Shown here: piece by piece, positions 26,237 to 35,458 of the stretch
Numbering within the stretch: position 1 is the stretch's first letter
Layout of the letters: each line of letters begins with the position of its first letter
IMG/VR virus record: IMGVR_UViG_3300037478_000874
Coordinates: 1-44,304 of that record
DNA from: a virus
Lineage: Duplodnaviria; Caudoviricetes
Reading direction: 5' to 3' (one strand)
Length of the DNA stretch: 44,304 nucleotides
Program-made: the position numbers and the translations under genes
Notes under the pieces: model-generated
Told to the model about the DNA's origin: nothing
Seen by the model: the letters and a program-made list of their open reading frames with translations, nothing else
The model's database searches: none

Positions 26237-26659
26237 CTATAACCCGCTCCACTGGGGCTGATCGGCGCTTTCGAGCGTGATCGAGTACATCTCGGCCTGG
26301 TCGTGCGCGCCGTCGACGCTGAACTCGGTCACCTGGAACAGGCCGGTGAAGGTGGCGAGCCCGGCGACCGTGATCTGGAACTCGGTGTTGGTGCCGTCGC
26401 GCAGCGCCTCCTCGACGAAGCCGATGCCGGCGTCGTCGATGAACACCCCGGCGCCGGAGAACGACAGCGACTTGATGCCGGCGCCGGCCAGCAGCTCGCG
26501 CCACTTGCTGGCCGAATCCTGGTTGGTGACGTCGACCGAGGTCTGGTTGAGCTTGATCGACTTGGTCCGGAACCCGCCGACGGCGACGAACTCGGTCGGC
26601 GAGACGTTGTCGGGATCGACGATCTTGAGCAGGAAGGACGAGCCTTTCTGGGCGGACAT
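26237..26659 (-). CDS. Major tail tube protein (TP901-1/GTA type)
   Basis: MSAQKGSSFLLKI...VDVTNQDS..WRELLAGAG..S.SGAGVF. Confidence 0.9.
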   Translation of the reverse strand: MSAQKGSSFLLKIVDPDNVSPTEFVAVGGFRTKSIKLNQTSVDVTNQDSASKWRELLAGAGIKSLSFSGAGVFIDDAGIGFVEEALRDGTNTEFQITVAGLATFTGLFQVTEFSVDGAHDQAEMYSITLESADQPQWSGL

Positions 26660-26663
26660 GGGC

Positions 26664-27443
26664 TTAGCTCCTTTGCAGTGCGACCGCCAAGGCGGCGGCG
26701 ACTTGATCCACGGAAATCGATTGCATCACCCGCTTGCAGTGCGGGCAGGCGACCCGCATGCCGCAGGGGCTGTGCGGGTCGTCGGGATAGAGATTCGTCT
26801 GAAACTCGTATCCGGTCTGGCGCGGGCTCACGTAGCCGCCGAAGATCACCACGGCCGGAATGCCGAGCGCGGCGGCGGCGTGGTGCAGCGCGCCCTCGTG
26901 GCCGACGTAGGCCGCCGCGCCGGCGAGCACGACGAAGGCGTCGCGGATGGTGTCGGTGACCCGGTGCTGCACGCCGGCGAGCCCGCGCGTGCCCGGCGGC
27001 CCGAGCTGCAGGAAGCGGTTGGCGCCGAAATCGGTGACCAGCCGCTGCCAGTTGTCCCAGCCCCAGTCCTTGTTCGGCGACGCCGCCGCCTTGATCGTCG
27101 GCTCGACGACGATAAAGGGCGTCATCTTCGGGATGGCGGCGCGCTCGGCCGCGGACAGATAAATCTCGCCGGGCTCGGGTGGGGCGTCGCGCCACGCCCA
27201 CTTGGTGCGCGTCGAATTCGCGTAGTCGATGTACGGCCGGTTGCCGGAGCGCTGCGCGAGGATCTGCACGCCGACGAGGTCGTAGACCTTCGCCATGTCG
27301 CCGGTGAAGCGCGGATTGTTGTCGAACACCGGCGAGGCGATCGGCTTGCTGTGCTTGTTGACATAGACGCACGGCCGAAGGTCGCCGGCCTCCTGCCGCC
27401 TGCGCGCCTCCGCCGTCGCCATGATGTCGTCGCCGTAACCCAT
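26664..27443 (-). CDS. Glycosyltransferase family 9 (heptosyltransferase-like)
   Basis: MGYGDDIMAT, NKDWGWDNW, YVGHEGALHHAAAALGIPAVVIFG, C..CKRVMQSI. Confidence 0.85.
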   Translation of the reverse strand: MGYGDDIMATAEARRRQEAGDLRPCVYVNKHSKPIASPVFDNNPRFTGDMAKVYDLVGVQILAQRSGNRPYIDYANSTRTKWAWRDAPPEPGEIYLSAAERAAIPKMTPFIVVEPTIKAAASPNKDWGWDNWQRLVTDFGANRFLQLGPPGTRGLAGVQHRVTDTIRDAFVVLAGAAAYVGHEGALHHAAAALGIPAVVIFGGYVSPRQTGYEFQTNLYPDDPHSPCGMRVACPHCKRVMQSISVDQVAAALAVALQRS

Positions 27444-27453
27444 TTGAAAAGCC

Positions 27454-27488
27454 CGTCATGGCCGGACTTGATCCGGCCATCCATCTTG
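27454..27488. repeat. REP-like palindrome
   Basis: CGTCATGGCCGGACTTGATCCGGCCATCCATCTTG. Confidence 0.85.
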
Positions 27489-27595
27489 TTGTTGGTGCTG
27501 ATCCGAGCGCGGGTGCCGCGGCAAGACGCCCGCGCGGCCGACGTTGCGCGGTTTGCCGCGCACGGGCGCGATGGCAATCCCCGCGCGGGCTGCGT

Positions 27596-28366
27596 CTATT
27601 TCGGCGGCCGCATCAGGCGGTCCCCCGAATAGTTATCGGCCAGGGTCCAGCCGAGTTGCTCGAGGAACCTGGCCGCGGTGTGGCGCTGGCGGCCATAGAC
27701 CTCGGCGTCGTTGCACTTCTGCTCGACGATCACCCACGGCCGGCAGCGCGCGAGCGTTTCGGCGCCGCCCTCCAGCACCTGGCGCTCGGTGCCCTCGACG
27801 TCGATCTTGATCAGGTCGACGTCGGCGAAGCCGAAGGAATCGAGCGTGACCATGTCGGCGTCGACGCGCGCGCCGGCGCGCTCGGCCACGTTGGTCACGC
27901 CGTCGAGCACGTGGGCGTGGCCGGTCACCGTTTCGGGCATCACCATCGTCACCCGGCCCGCGGCCGCGCCGAGCGCCACGCCGTGCAGGGGCGCGTTGGC
28001 GACGCCGGCCATGTTGTAGCGGAAGCACGCGAGGTGCAGCGGCACCGGCTCGAAGCACTCGACGACACCATAGAGCTTGACCAGGTGCATCGCCCACAGC
28101 CCGACCTGGGCGCCGACGTCGATGCAGCGCCGCCGGGGCTTGGCCGGCACGATCTCGGTCAGGAACTTGCGGATCTTGTGCAGCTGGTAGTGCCCGCGCC
28201 CGTCGACCAGGCCGTTGCGCCGGCCGTCGTCGCCGCGCGCCTTCGACTTGACCTCGATCTGCTCGACGAAGTGGCGCTCCGATTGCGGCAGCGCCAGGCC
28301 GCGGATCAGCTTCGCGTCGGGGGGGAGCGGCACGCCGAAGCGTGCCGGCGCGGTCATGTGGTTCAT
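27596..28366 (-). CDS. FkbM family methyltransferase
   Basis: CIDVGAQVG, FEP, VALG, TLDSF, IKIDVEGTE. Confidence 0.9.
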   Translation of the reverse strand: MNHMTAPARFGVPLPPDAKLIRGLALPQSERHFVEQIEVKSKARGDDGRRNGLVDGRGHYQLHKIRKFLTEIVPAKPRRRCIDVGAQVGLWAMHLVKLYGVVECFEPVPLHLACFRYNMAGVANAPLHGVALGAAAGRVTMVMPETVTGHAHVLDGVTNVAERAGARVDADMVTLDSFGFADVDLIKIDVEGTERQVLEGGAETLARCRPWVIVEQKCNDAEVYGRQRHTAARFLEQLGWTLADNYSGDRLMRPPK

Positions 28367-28389
28367 CGGGGGGGGGTCCTTGTTTGTCT

Positions 28390-28530
28390 GGCGCGCGCGC
28401 CAACCGCGCTGTTTCGCCGTGTGTTTCCGGCGCGCGGGCTTACCCCGCTGGGTCGCCTTCTGTTCGGCGCGCGGGCTTCCCCCGCTGGGTCGCCTTCTGT
28501 TCGGCGCGCGGGCTTACCCCGCTGGGTCGC
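28390..28530 (-). repeat. Tandem cluster of four pentaloop hairpins (about 37-nt period)
   Basis: Copies at 28390, 28429, 28466 and 28503. Confidence 0.85.
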
Positions 28531-29434
28531 CGTAGATGGATTTCAGGTCTTTCCAGCACGACCCGTCGCGCAGCTCGCCCAGGGTCCACTGGTTGGCGGC
28601 CAGCACGGCGAGCCAGTCCAGGTTGGCGGCCGGATCCCACGCGGGGGTCTCGATCGCCGCGAGGTCGGTGTTGCCCAATACGGCCGCCGGGCTGTCGCCG
28701 GTGACGAAGGCCGGCACGCCGGCCAGCACCGCCTCGACCACGACGTTGGAATCGTGGGTGACGAGCGCGAACGCCGTTCGCAGGTCCTCGGCCAGCAGGG
28801 TGCGCCGCGCGGCGCGCGGATCGCCCGGGCGGTAGCGCACGCGCACCGGGCGGTCGGTCGAGGCGCGGAGCGTGCGGAGATTGCCCGCCAGCCAAGCCTC
28901 GCCGTCGAAGCCCATCACCCGGCAGTAGTCCGGGATCGGCGGGCAGACGAGGATCTCGGACCCGGCCGAGCGGGGCTGCGGGTTCACCCCGAGGCGGCGC
29001 AGCCGCTCGTGCGCGGCCGCCATGTTTATGGGCGCGCGGGCCAACCCCGCTGCATCGCCGGGCGGGGAGCCGGGCGAAGCAGGCGGGTTGGCCGCCGCGC
29101 CAGGAAACATCTCGCCCGAGCACTGGAAGCCGTTGAGGCTCACCTTGTAGAACCCCTGGTAGCGCCCGCTCGGCTTCGCCGCGTCGCGGTCAGACGGCCG
29201 CAGGTAGCCGTTGTCGCAGTACCAGGCGCGCCGGCCGGCCGACATCAGGGTCGACATCACGGCCAGGGTGCCGCGCAGCTTGCCGTAGACGAAGCCGTCG
29301 TTGGCCGCGTCGACTGAGGCCGCCGGCTGCCCGGCATCGATCAGGCAGGTGAGCTTGTCCGACCCGTCGGCGAAGGCGTCGCACACCGCCGACGAGCTGA
29401 CGTGGCCGGTGGAATAGCAGATCACGCGCGGCAT
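28514..29434 (-). CDS. Capsule-synthesis (KpsS/KpsC-like) glycosyltransferase, paralog 3
   Basis: YCDNGY, TDRPVRVR, LVTHDSNVVVEAVLAGVPAF, LAANQWTLGEL. Confidence 0.7.
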   Translation of the reverse strand: MPRVICYSTGHVSSSAVCDAFADGSDKLTCLIDAGQPAASVDAANDGFVYGKLRGTLAVMSTLMSAGRRAWYCDNGYLRPSDRDAAKPSGRYQGFYKVSLNGFQCSGEMFPGAAANPPASPGSPPGDAAGLARAPINMAAAHERLRRLGVNPQPRSAGSEILVCPPIPDYCRVMGFDGEAWLAGNLRTLRASTDRPVRVRYRPGDPRAARRTLLAEDLRTAFALVTHDSNVVVEAVLAGVPAFVTGDSPAAVLGNTDLAAIETPAWDPAANLDWLAVLAANQWTLGELRDGSCWKDLKSIYGDPAG

Positions 29435-30156
29435 GGTGAAGATTGCTCGAGGTGCGCGACCAGCTGCGGCAGGCGCGCGAGGTCGTGCAGCACCGGGTAG
29501 GCCGGCTGTGCATGATAGATGCGGTGGCCTGCCCAGCCGAACTCCACGCCGGCGTAGGTTATGCCGGCGGCGCGCGCCGCTTCCGCATCCGTGTCGGTGT
29601 CGCCGACGTAGAGCGCGTTGGCCGGATCGACGCCGAGCACGGCGCAAGCGCCGAGCAGCGCCGTCGGATCGGGCTTCGACGGCCGCACGCCGTCGTGGCC
29701 GAGGATGGCGCGGAACCTACGCGACAGCGCGACGGCGCGGCGCACGTCGAAGGCGAGCGCGTCCTCGGGCTTGTCGGATACGACGCCCAGGCGCCGCGCG
29801 CCGCCGAGCGCGAGGTGGAAAATCGCCGAATTCAGGCCCGGCGCCGCCCTCGGCACCGCCGTCGCGGTCCGGTAGGCTTCGCCGAACCAGAATGCGAGAT
29901 CGTCCTGGCCGGCGAGTTCGGGGAACGCTTCGGCGCAGCGCGCCAGGAACGCCGCCTGCGGCGCCGAGCGCAAGGGCGCCACGTCGGCGGCGACGATGCG
30001 CCGCCCGGCCAGCGCGGTCAGCGCCTCGGCGACGCACGGCAGGGTGTCGGCCAAGGTGCCGTCGAAGTCGAACAGGATCGCGTCGATCTTGCGCGCGGGC
30101 GCTGTTTTCGGCGCGGGCGCCAACCGCCCTGTTTCGCCTTGCCCTGCTTCGCTCAT
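29422..30156 (-). CDS. HAD-family phosphatase
   Basis: LFDFDGTLADT, GVVSDK, KPDP, YVGDTDTDAEAARAAG. Confidence 0.9.
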   Translation of the reverse strand: MSEAGQGETGRLAPAPKTAPARKIDAILFDFDGTLADTLPCVAEALTALAGRRIVAADVAPLRSAPQAAFLARCAEAFPELAGQDDLAFWFGEAYRTATAVPRAAPGLNSAIFHLALGGARRLGVVSDKPEDALAFDVRRAVALSRRFRAILGHDGVRPSKPDPTALLGACAVLGVDPANALYVGDTDTDAEAARAAGITYAGVEFGWAGHRIYHAQPAYPVLHDLARLPQLVAHLEQSSPCRA

Positions 30157-31127
30157 TCCAGCCATCGGTTGCCCTCGTTTCGGGTGAGATCGGCCCAGCA
30201 CTTGCCGCGGCGCATCTCGTCGAGCGTCCATTGGTTGGCGGCCAGCCAGGCGGCCCAATGTTGGACGCCGTGCATGCAGCCGGGGGCCTCGATGTCGGCC
30301 AGTTTCCCGCTCGCCATCATGCTGGCGGCGCAGGGGTGGGTGACGAAGGCCGGGATGCCGGCGAGGATGGCGTCGACCGCCACGGCCGACGAATGGGTGA
30401 CCACGCACCAGGCGCGCGCCAGGTCGGCGGCGACGTCGGCCGGCTGGTCGGCGCGCACGCGGATCGCTTCGGCGCCGAGCGCGACCCAGGTCTCCGCGGC
30501 GAAGCGCGCCTTGCAGCGCACCAGCACCGGCCGGTCGGTGACGCGGCGGATCTCCGCCAGCGTCGTATCGAACCACGCGCCGAGCGTCGTGTCGTGCCTG
30601 AGATACCAATAGGGCGACTGCAGCGCGATCAGGACGGCGTCGCCGAGCTCGCCTGCCCGCCGCCAGTCGCGGACCGCGATGCCCAGCGCCGCCAGCCGGG
30701 TCATGTCTGGTGGCGCGCCGGCCAACCCGGCTGTTTCGCCGCACGGGCGACCCAGCGAGAAAGGCACCGTCCCCGGGCCTGACCCGGGGATTGGCGAGCC
30801 AGCCGGCGCCTGCGAGGTTGGCGAGCCGGCCCAATATGTCAGCTGCTCGGCACCCCAGGTGGCCCGGAAGTGGTCGCGGCCCAGGATGTAGCCGTTGTCG
30901 ACATATATATATGAGCGGCGCGGGTCGCGGGCGGCATCGAGCTTGGCCGAGCGGGAGGCGTCCGCGAACGCCGCGGCGGTGTCGGGCTTGACCCCGTAGA
31001 AGCCCCACGGGCCGTAGGGCTCCAGCACGCGCCGGTCGGCGGCCAGCCGCCCGCGGCACCCGGCGACGAAGGCCTCCGCCACCGTGCGCGCCCGATGCCC
31101 GGGCGGAGCGTAGAATATTAATTGCAC
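30153..31127 (-). CDS. Capsule-synthesis (KpsS/KpsC-like) glycosyltransferase, paralog 2
   Basis: YVDNGY, TDRPVLVR, VVTHSSAVAVDAILAGIPAF, LAANQWTLDEM. Confidence 0.7.
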   Translation of the reverse strand: MQLIFYAPPGHRARTVAEAFVAGCRGRLAADRRVLEPYGPWGFYGVKPDTAAAFADASRSAKLDAARDPRRSYIYVDNGYILGRDHFRATWGAEQLTYWAGSPTSQAPAGSPIPGSGPGTVPFSLGRPCGETAGLAGAPPDMTRLAALGIAVRDWRRAGELGDAVLIALQSPYWYLRHDTTLGAWFDTTLAEIRRVTDRPVLVRCKARFAAETWVALGAEAIRVRADQPADVAADLARAWCVVTHSSAVAVDAILAGIPAFVTHPCAASMMASGKLADIEAPGCMHGVQHWAAWLAANQWTLDEMRRGKCWADLTRNEGNRWLE

Positions 31128-31128
31128 G

Positions 31129-32028
31129 CTACACCCCCACCCTGCCCTCCCCCCCAATGGAGTGCCCATGGGGGGAGGGTCGGGGTGGGGGGGCGCTCGC
31201 ACCCGCAACACCCTGCAGCAGCACCCGGAACGGCACACCGTCCGCGATCTCGCCCACGCTCCACTGCGCCCAGGCGAGGTCGACGAGCGCCGGAACCCGG
31301 TCGGGGAATTCCGGCGTCTCGATGCGGCCGATGCCCTTGTGGCACGCCCGCTGGGTGACGATGTGGGGCGCCTCGTAGAACACCGGGATGCCGGCGATCA
31401 GCGCGGCGGTGGCGGAGTTCGAGCTCCACACCACGACGGCCCAGCACTCCGCCAAATCGTAGGACAGCGGCAGCGCGGGATCGGCGTTGCCGGGATGGGC
31501 GCGCAGCCGGATCGGGCGCGCCGTCAACCCGCGCAGCCGGCGGCACACGCCGGCGGCCCAGTCGGGCGGGCTCTGCATCGGCGGCTCGCCGATCGCGCGC
31601 TGGCCGCACACCAGGATGTGCTTGCCATGGGTGCGCCACGGCTGCGTCTGGATATGCAGGCCGTCGACGCGGTCGAGCGGATCGAGTCCTTGAGGATAAG
31701 GGACGCCGTTGCCGGGCCAGCGGCCGGACCCGTTGTGCCCCATGCCCTTGGCTGAGCTCAGCGCCATCGCGTAGGCGTGGCGGTCGTGCCAGCCCCGCCG
31801 GGCCGCGTCGTGATAGCCGTTCTCGACCACGATGACGGCGGCGCCGGCCGCCTCGAAGCGCCGCGCCGCGTCGGCGAAGCGGCCGTAGCGGTTCCAGATG
31901 ACCAGCACGTCGCCGGGCTCCGGCGCGAACGGCCGCTCGGTCCACAGGTAGCCGGCCCGGTTGAGCCCGCGCCGGAACGCGTCCGCCCGATACTCCGGCG
32001 CGGAGCGGATCATGCAGAGCGCTCTCAT
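31129..32028 (-). CDS. Capsule-synthesis (KpsS/KpsC-like) glycosyltransferase, paralog 1
   Basis: VVENGY, RPIRLRAHP, VVWSSNSATAALIAGIPVF, LAWAQWSVGEI. Confidence 0.7.
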   Translation of the reverse strand: MRALCMIRSAPEYRADAFRRGLNRAGYLWTERPFAPEPGDVLVIWNRYGRFADAARRFEAAGAAVIVVENGYHDAARRGWHDRHAYAMALSSAKGMGHNGSGRWPGNGVPYPQGLDPLDRVDGLHIQTQPWRTHGKHILVCGQRAIGEPPMQSPPDWAAGVCRRLRGLTARPIRLRAHPGNADPALPLSYDLAECWAVVVWSSNSATAALIAGIPVFYEAPHIVTQRACHKGIGRIETPEFPDRVPALVDLAWAQWSVGEIADGVPFRVLLQGVAGASAPPPRPSPHGHSIGGEGRVGV

Positions 32029-32696
32029 GTAAAGGCAGCCCGTTCGGGCTGCGCGCGCGGGCTTACCCCGCTGTTTCGCGGCGAATCTTCGGCGGCCCCC
32101 CCCTCCCTGCCCTCCCCCTTGACGGGGGAGGGTTGGGGGGGGGTGAATCCATCCACATCCCGCCAGCGGCGCATGAACAGGCCCAGCAGGTCGCGGTGGT
32201 TGCGCCAGCGCTGCGACGGCGGCCGCACCGGGCCGGCGTGCAGGGGACGGCCGACGGCCGCGGCCAGGCGCGCCACGGTGCGCGGATCGCGGAGGCGCTC
32301 GTAGTGCACGACCAGGAGTGCCCGCGCGCGCTCGGCCGGCAGGTAGAACGGCCGCTGAGTGGCGAAGAAGCGCTCGTCGGTCTTGAGGAAGTAGTGGAAG
32401 GTGACCGGGCGGCCCTCGCGCTCCCACCAGCCGACGGCGGTCGCGAACGGGTTGCGCAGGATCAGGATCGCCGGGCGCGGCAGCAGCGACGGCGGCGCGT
32501 GGCCGTTCAGGAACTCGTCCGGGCCCGGCGCCGGCAGCGCCGGCCGCCAGGCCGCCGGGTCGCGCTTGCGCTCGCTCCACGCGAGGCGGCCGCCGTCGCC
32601 CGAGAACATGCCCGGCCGCTTGACCAGGCCCGCCGCCTCGAACATCGCGCGCACCGCGTGGTTGCCGCTGCACCGCGGCCCGGTGAGGAGGATCAT
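32025..32696 (-). CDS. Sulfotransferase-fold protein
   Basis: LTGPRCSGNH (5'-PSB loop), ILRNPF (3'-PB), VHYERL. Confidence 0.7.
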   Translation of the reverse strand: MILLTGPRCSGNHAVRAMFEAAGLVKRPGMFSGDGGRLAWSERKRDPAAWRPALPAPGPDEFLNGHAPPSLLPRPAILILRNPFATAVGWWEREGRPVTFHYFLKTDERFFATQRPFYLPAERARALLVVHYERLRDPRTVARLAAAVGRPLHAGPVRPPSQRWRNHRDLLGLFMRRWRDVDGFTPPQPSPVKGEGREGGAAEDSPRNSGVSPRAQPERAAFT

Positions 32697-33460
32697 GGCG
32701 AATCAGGCCGGTTGGCGGCCGCGCCGGAAACAGATGGCGAAACAGGCCGGTTGGCGGCCGCGCCCGAAACAGAAGCTCCCCGCGCGAGCCGGTCGCGCGC
32801 CAGCTCCACGGCGAGATCGCCGAATTCGAAGCACTTGAGCGCGCTGCCCGGCGTGCAGTTGACGACGGCGACGCCGGCGGCGGCGAGATCGGCGGCGAGC
32901 GCCGGGTATTCGGGGAGGAAGGTGGTCGTCTCGTCCACCTGCCACTGCCGGTGCTTGTGGCCGCCGTGCCAGTGGGTGACCCGCCGCCCGTCCGGCCCGA
33001 CCGCGCAGCGCAGGTCGTAGCCGAGCAGCAGGTCGAGGTGTTCGCCGGCCAAATGGAAGGCGAGCCCCAGCGCCTGGTAGCCGCCGTTCTTGCCGGTGCG
33101 GATGCGGGTCGGGGCGCGGTCGAGCCCGGGCGCGAAGGTGCGCTCGAGCAGGCGCACGTCCGGATGCGCCGCCGCGATCTCCGGCCCGAGCGTCACCTTG
33201 AGCCCGGCGAATCCGTAAGCCGCGGGGTTGGCGTCCCACCACCGCGTGTCGCACGCATAGAGCACGTCCGCCCACGGCGCCAGAAGGTAGGACGAATTGA
33301 TGACGATGACGCGGATGTGACCCGAAATATGAGCGTGCCGCACCATCTCGACCTGCTCGGCCGACAGCGACGGCCCGCCGGCGAGGATGACGACCGTCTC
33401 GCCGGGCCACAGCCGCGGGCACGACCAGAACACAGGCTTATCGTTGCGTCGCTTCGCCAT
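32693..33460 (-). CDS. Maf/DUF115-like glycosyltransferase
   Basis: VVILAGGPSL, VIVINSS, DVLYACD..WW, NGGYQAL.LA, LLGYD, HWHG. Confidence 0.65.
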   Translation of the reverse strand: MAKRRNDKPVFWSCPRLWPGETVVILAGGPSLSAEQVEMVRHAHISGHIRVIVINSSYLLAPWADVLYACDTRWWDANPAAYGFAGLKVTLGPEIAAAHPDVRLLERTFAPGLDRAPTRIRTGKNGGYQALGLAFHLAGEHLDLLLGYDLRCAVGPDGRRVTHWHGGHKHRQWQVDETTTFLPEYPALAADLAAAGVAVVNCTPGSALKCFEFGDLAVELARDRLARGASVSGAAANRPVSPSVSGAAANRPDSP

Positions 33461-33597
33461 GGTCAAATCCACTGCAGCGCCCCCCCTCCCTTCCCTCCCC
33501 CCGTGGGCGTGCCATTGGGGGGGAGGGTTGGGGTGGGGGTGATGCCGCGTCATCGCGATGATGGCGTTGGCGCCGAGGCGCATGACTGGTCTCCGCG

Positions 33598-34053
33598 CTA
33601 AGCGGGTGCGGAATATGGATCCGAGGGGTTCACCTGATAGGCCACCACCCACTCGATCTCGAACGCCGCCATCGGCTGGGTGCCGTCCTCGGCCTCGACC
33701 GACGCGGAGAACCGCCCGCGCTGGGTGTGGATCACACCGGACGGATAGGTGCCGCCGGCGAGCGCCGACAGGATGGCGGCGCGCAGCTCGTTGATGGCGG
33801 GCCCGAGCGCCGCGTCGGTCGCGGCGCTGACGTAGCCCTCGATCAGGAGCGTAGCGGCGACGACGTCGACACCGTCCGCATGCTCGAGCAGCTCCTCGTC
33901 GCCCTCGTGCACGACCAGCAGCGGGCACAGCTCCACCGCGACCTCGCGGGTGCGCGTGCGCTGGGCGGTGACCCCGGCCGGCGCCGCGATGCCGCCCAGC
34001 ATCCCGGCCACCGCCGAGACGATGTTCTCGCGGATGTCTTGGGGTGAAGCCAT
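33598..34053 (-). CDS. Tail terminator-like protein
   Basis: Size, position and IRENIVSAV...PLLVVHEGDE pattern. Confidence 0.65.
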   Translation of the reverse strand: MASPQDIRENIVSAVAGMLGGIAAPAGVTAQRTRTREVAVELCPLLVVHEGDEELLEHADGVDVVAATLLIEGYVSAATDAALGPAINELRAAILSALAGGTYPSGVIHTQRGRFSASVEAEDGTQPMAAFEIEWVVAYQVNPSDPYSAPA

Positions 34054-34101
34054 CGGTTTAGCCCGTCATGGCCGGGCGTGACCCGGCCATCCATCTTGCC
34101 G

Positions 34102-34728
34102 TCACTTCTCGTAAGCCCTGGCGATCTCCCCCGGCAGCCCGTTCAGCGCGTGGCGCACGAAATCCTCGGGCGACGCGCGCCGCGGATAGCGCACCTGCTT
34201 GACCAGGATGGCGACCGGGATGTCGCGGGTCTTCGAGCGCTTGACGATCAGGATGGTGCGGCCGCCCTTGAGCGGCACGAAGGCCAGATCCTTGCGGCCG
34301 CCGCGCGTCGCGACGTCCTCGTGGCGGCGCACGGCGGCGCGGGCCGCGTTGCGGCTGATGCCGCCGGTCTGCAGCGGGATCAGCAGCCATTTCTTGGACA
34401 GCGGGCGCACCAGCGCGCCGAACAGCCGGGCCGCGATGAAGTCGGCGAAGCCGCCGGCGCGCTTGCGCCCGAAGCGCGAATAGATGAGGCCGGCGGAGCC
34501 GCGGTTCTCGTCGTCGTAGTGCTTGGTGCGAACGGCGTTCGCGACCCGCGCGTCGCCGCCCTTGACCGAGCGCGAGCCCGAGAACACGAGGTTGACGGCG
34601 CGGCGCACCTCGATCTGGGTGGCGCGCACCTGGGACGACACGCCCTTCGACACCGCGCGCGCCGCGCGCCGGCGCTCCGCCAGCATGCGCCGCGCGAGCG
34701 CGGGGCGGCCGAGGATTTCTACGCTCAT
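34102..34728 (-). CDS. Neck/tail completion protein
   Basis: Basic 208-aa protein with KWLLIPL and VAILVKQV; position between head-closure and terminator genes. Confidence 0.65.
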   Translation of the reverse strand: MSVEILGRPALARRMLAERRRAARAVSKGVSSQVRATQIEVRRAVNLVFSGSRSVKGGDARVANAVRTKHYDDENRGSAGLIYSRFGRKRAGGFADFIAARLFGALVRPLSKKWLLIPLQTGGISRNAARAAVRRHEDVATRGGRKDLAFVPLKGGRTILIVKRSKTRDIPVAILVKQVRYPRRASPEDFVRHALNGLPGEIARAYEK

Positions 34729-34958
34729 GAGACCGTAACGGGCGCCGACGGTGGCGTGACCTTGATGTAACCCGGATAGCCGTCATCCTCCGGTATCAGG
34801 CTGATCCTTGCCGCACCGCCCCATCGTTGCTTGATCAGCAAGAGGAACTCGATCTGCCCATCCACCGTGGCGGGCCACCGATCGAGGCGGTACATGCCGT
34901 CCTTGCAGATGAGGCTCGGGATTTCGTCGCCGCTTGGGAGATATTTATCCGCCATCAT
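34725..34958 (-). CDS. Hypothetical protein
   Basis: MMADKYLPSG ORF with ATGA overlap at its stop. Confidence 0.5.
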   Translation of the reverse strand: MMADKYLPSGDEIPSLICKDGMYRLDRWPATVDGQIEFLLLIKQRWGGAARISLIPEDDGYPGYIKVTPPSAPVTVS

Positions 34959-34965
34959 CGAGCCC

Positions 34966-35286
34966 TCATTGCAGCTGCAGATCCACGTACCAGAACCCGT
35001 CGAGCACCCTGTCCATGGCGGCGAGGCCGCGCACGGTGAAGGTCTGCGCGCCGACGACCAAGGTGCCGCCGTCGGCCGGCTGGGTGGCGACCTCGTCGCG
35101 CGACAGCCAGGCGGCGTAGCCGAGCTGCTTGGCGCCGAGCTGGCCGAGGCCCGAGGCGGCGCCGGGCGTGTCGAGCACCACCGTGATCGACGTCGCGGCA
35201 CCGGCGGGCGGCGTGTAGGTCGCGGCGGCGCCGAAGCCGTCGGCGTGGAGGAAAGCTGACCTGTCGGCGGCGTTCTCAGCGGCCAC
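34966..35286 (-). CDS. Head closure/head-tail joining protein (gpFII-like)
   Basis: FLHADGFGAAATYTP...ITVVLD...GGTLVVGAQTFTV. Confidence 0.75.
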   Translation of the reverse strand: MAAENAADRSAFLHADGFGAAATYTPPAGAATSITVVLDTPGAASGLGQLGAKQLGYAAWLSRDEVATQPADGGTLVVGAQTFTVRGLAAMDRVLDGFWYVDLQLQ

Positions 35287-35455
35287 GGAACCACCTGACG
35301 ATCCGTGTGATCATGCCCGTGGAAAACGGCACCGGAGGCTGGGGCGCGACGAAGCCGGTGGGCTTGGGCGCGACGAAGGCCACGCGATCCTCGATGTCGT
35401 CGTCGATCGTCGGCTCCTCGCCGGCAACCACGAACTCCACGGGCGGCGGAGCCAC
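35276..35455 (-). CDS. Possible small hypothetical protein (59 aa)
   Basis: GTG-start ORF that exactly fills the gap; contains a FVAP duplication. Confidence 0.35.
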   Translation of the reverse strand: MAPPPVEFVVAGEEPTIDDDIEDRVAFVAPKPTGFVAPQPPVPFSTGMITRIVRWFRGR

Positions 35456-35458
35456 GTC

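Noticed and set aside
28390-28530. 37-nt repeats as a CRISPR array
   Set aside because: These are tandem copies of the dispersed hairpin element, with no spacers.
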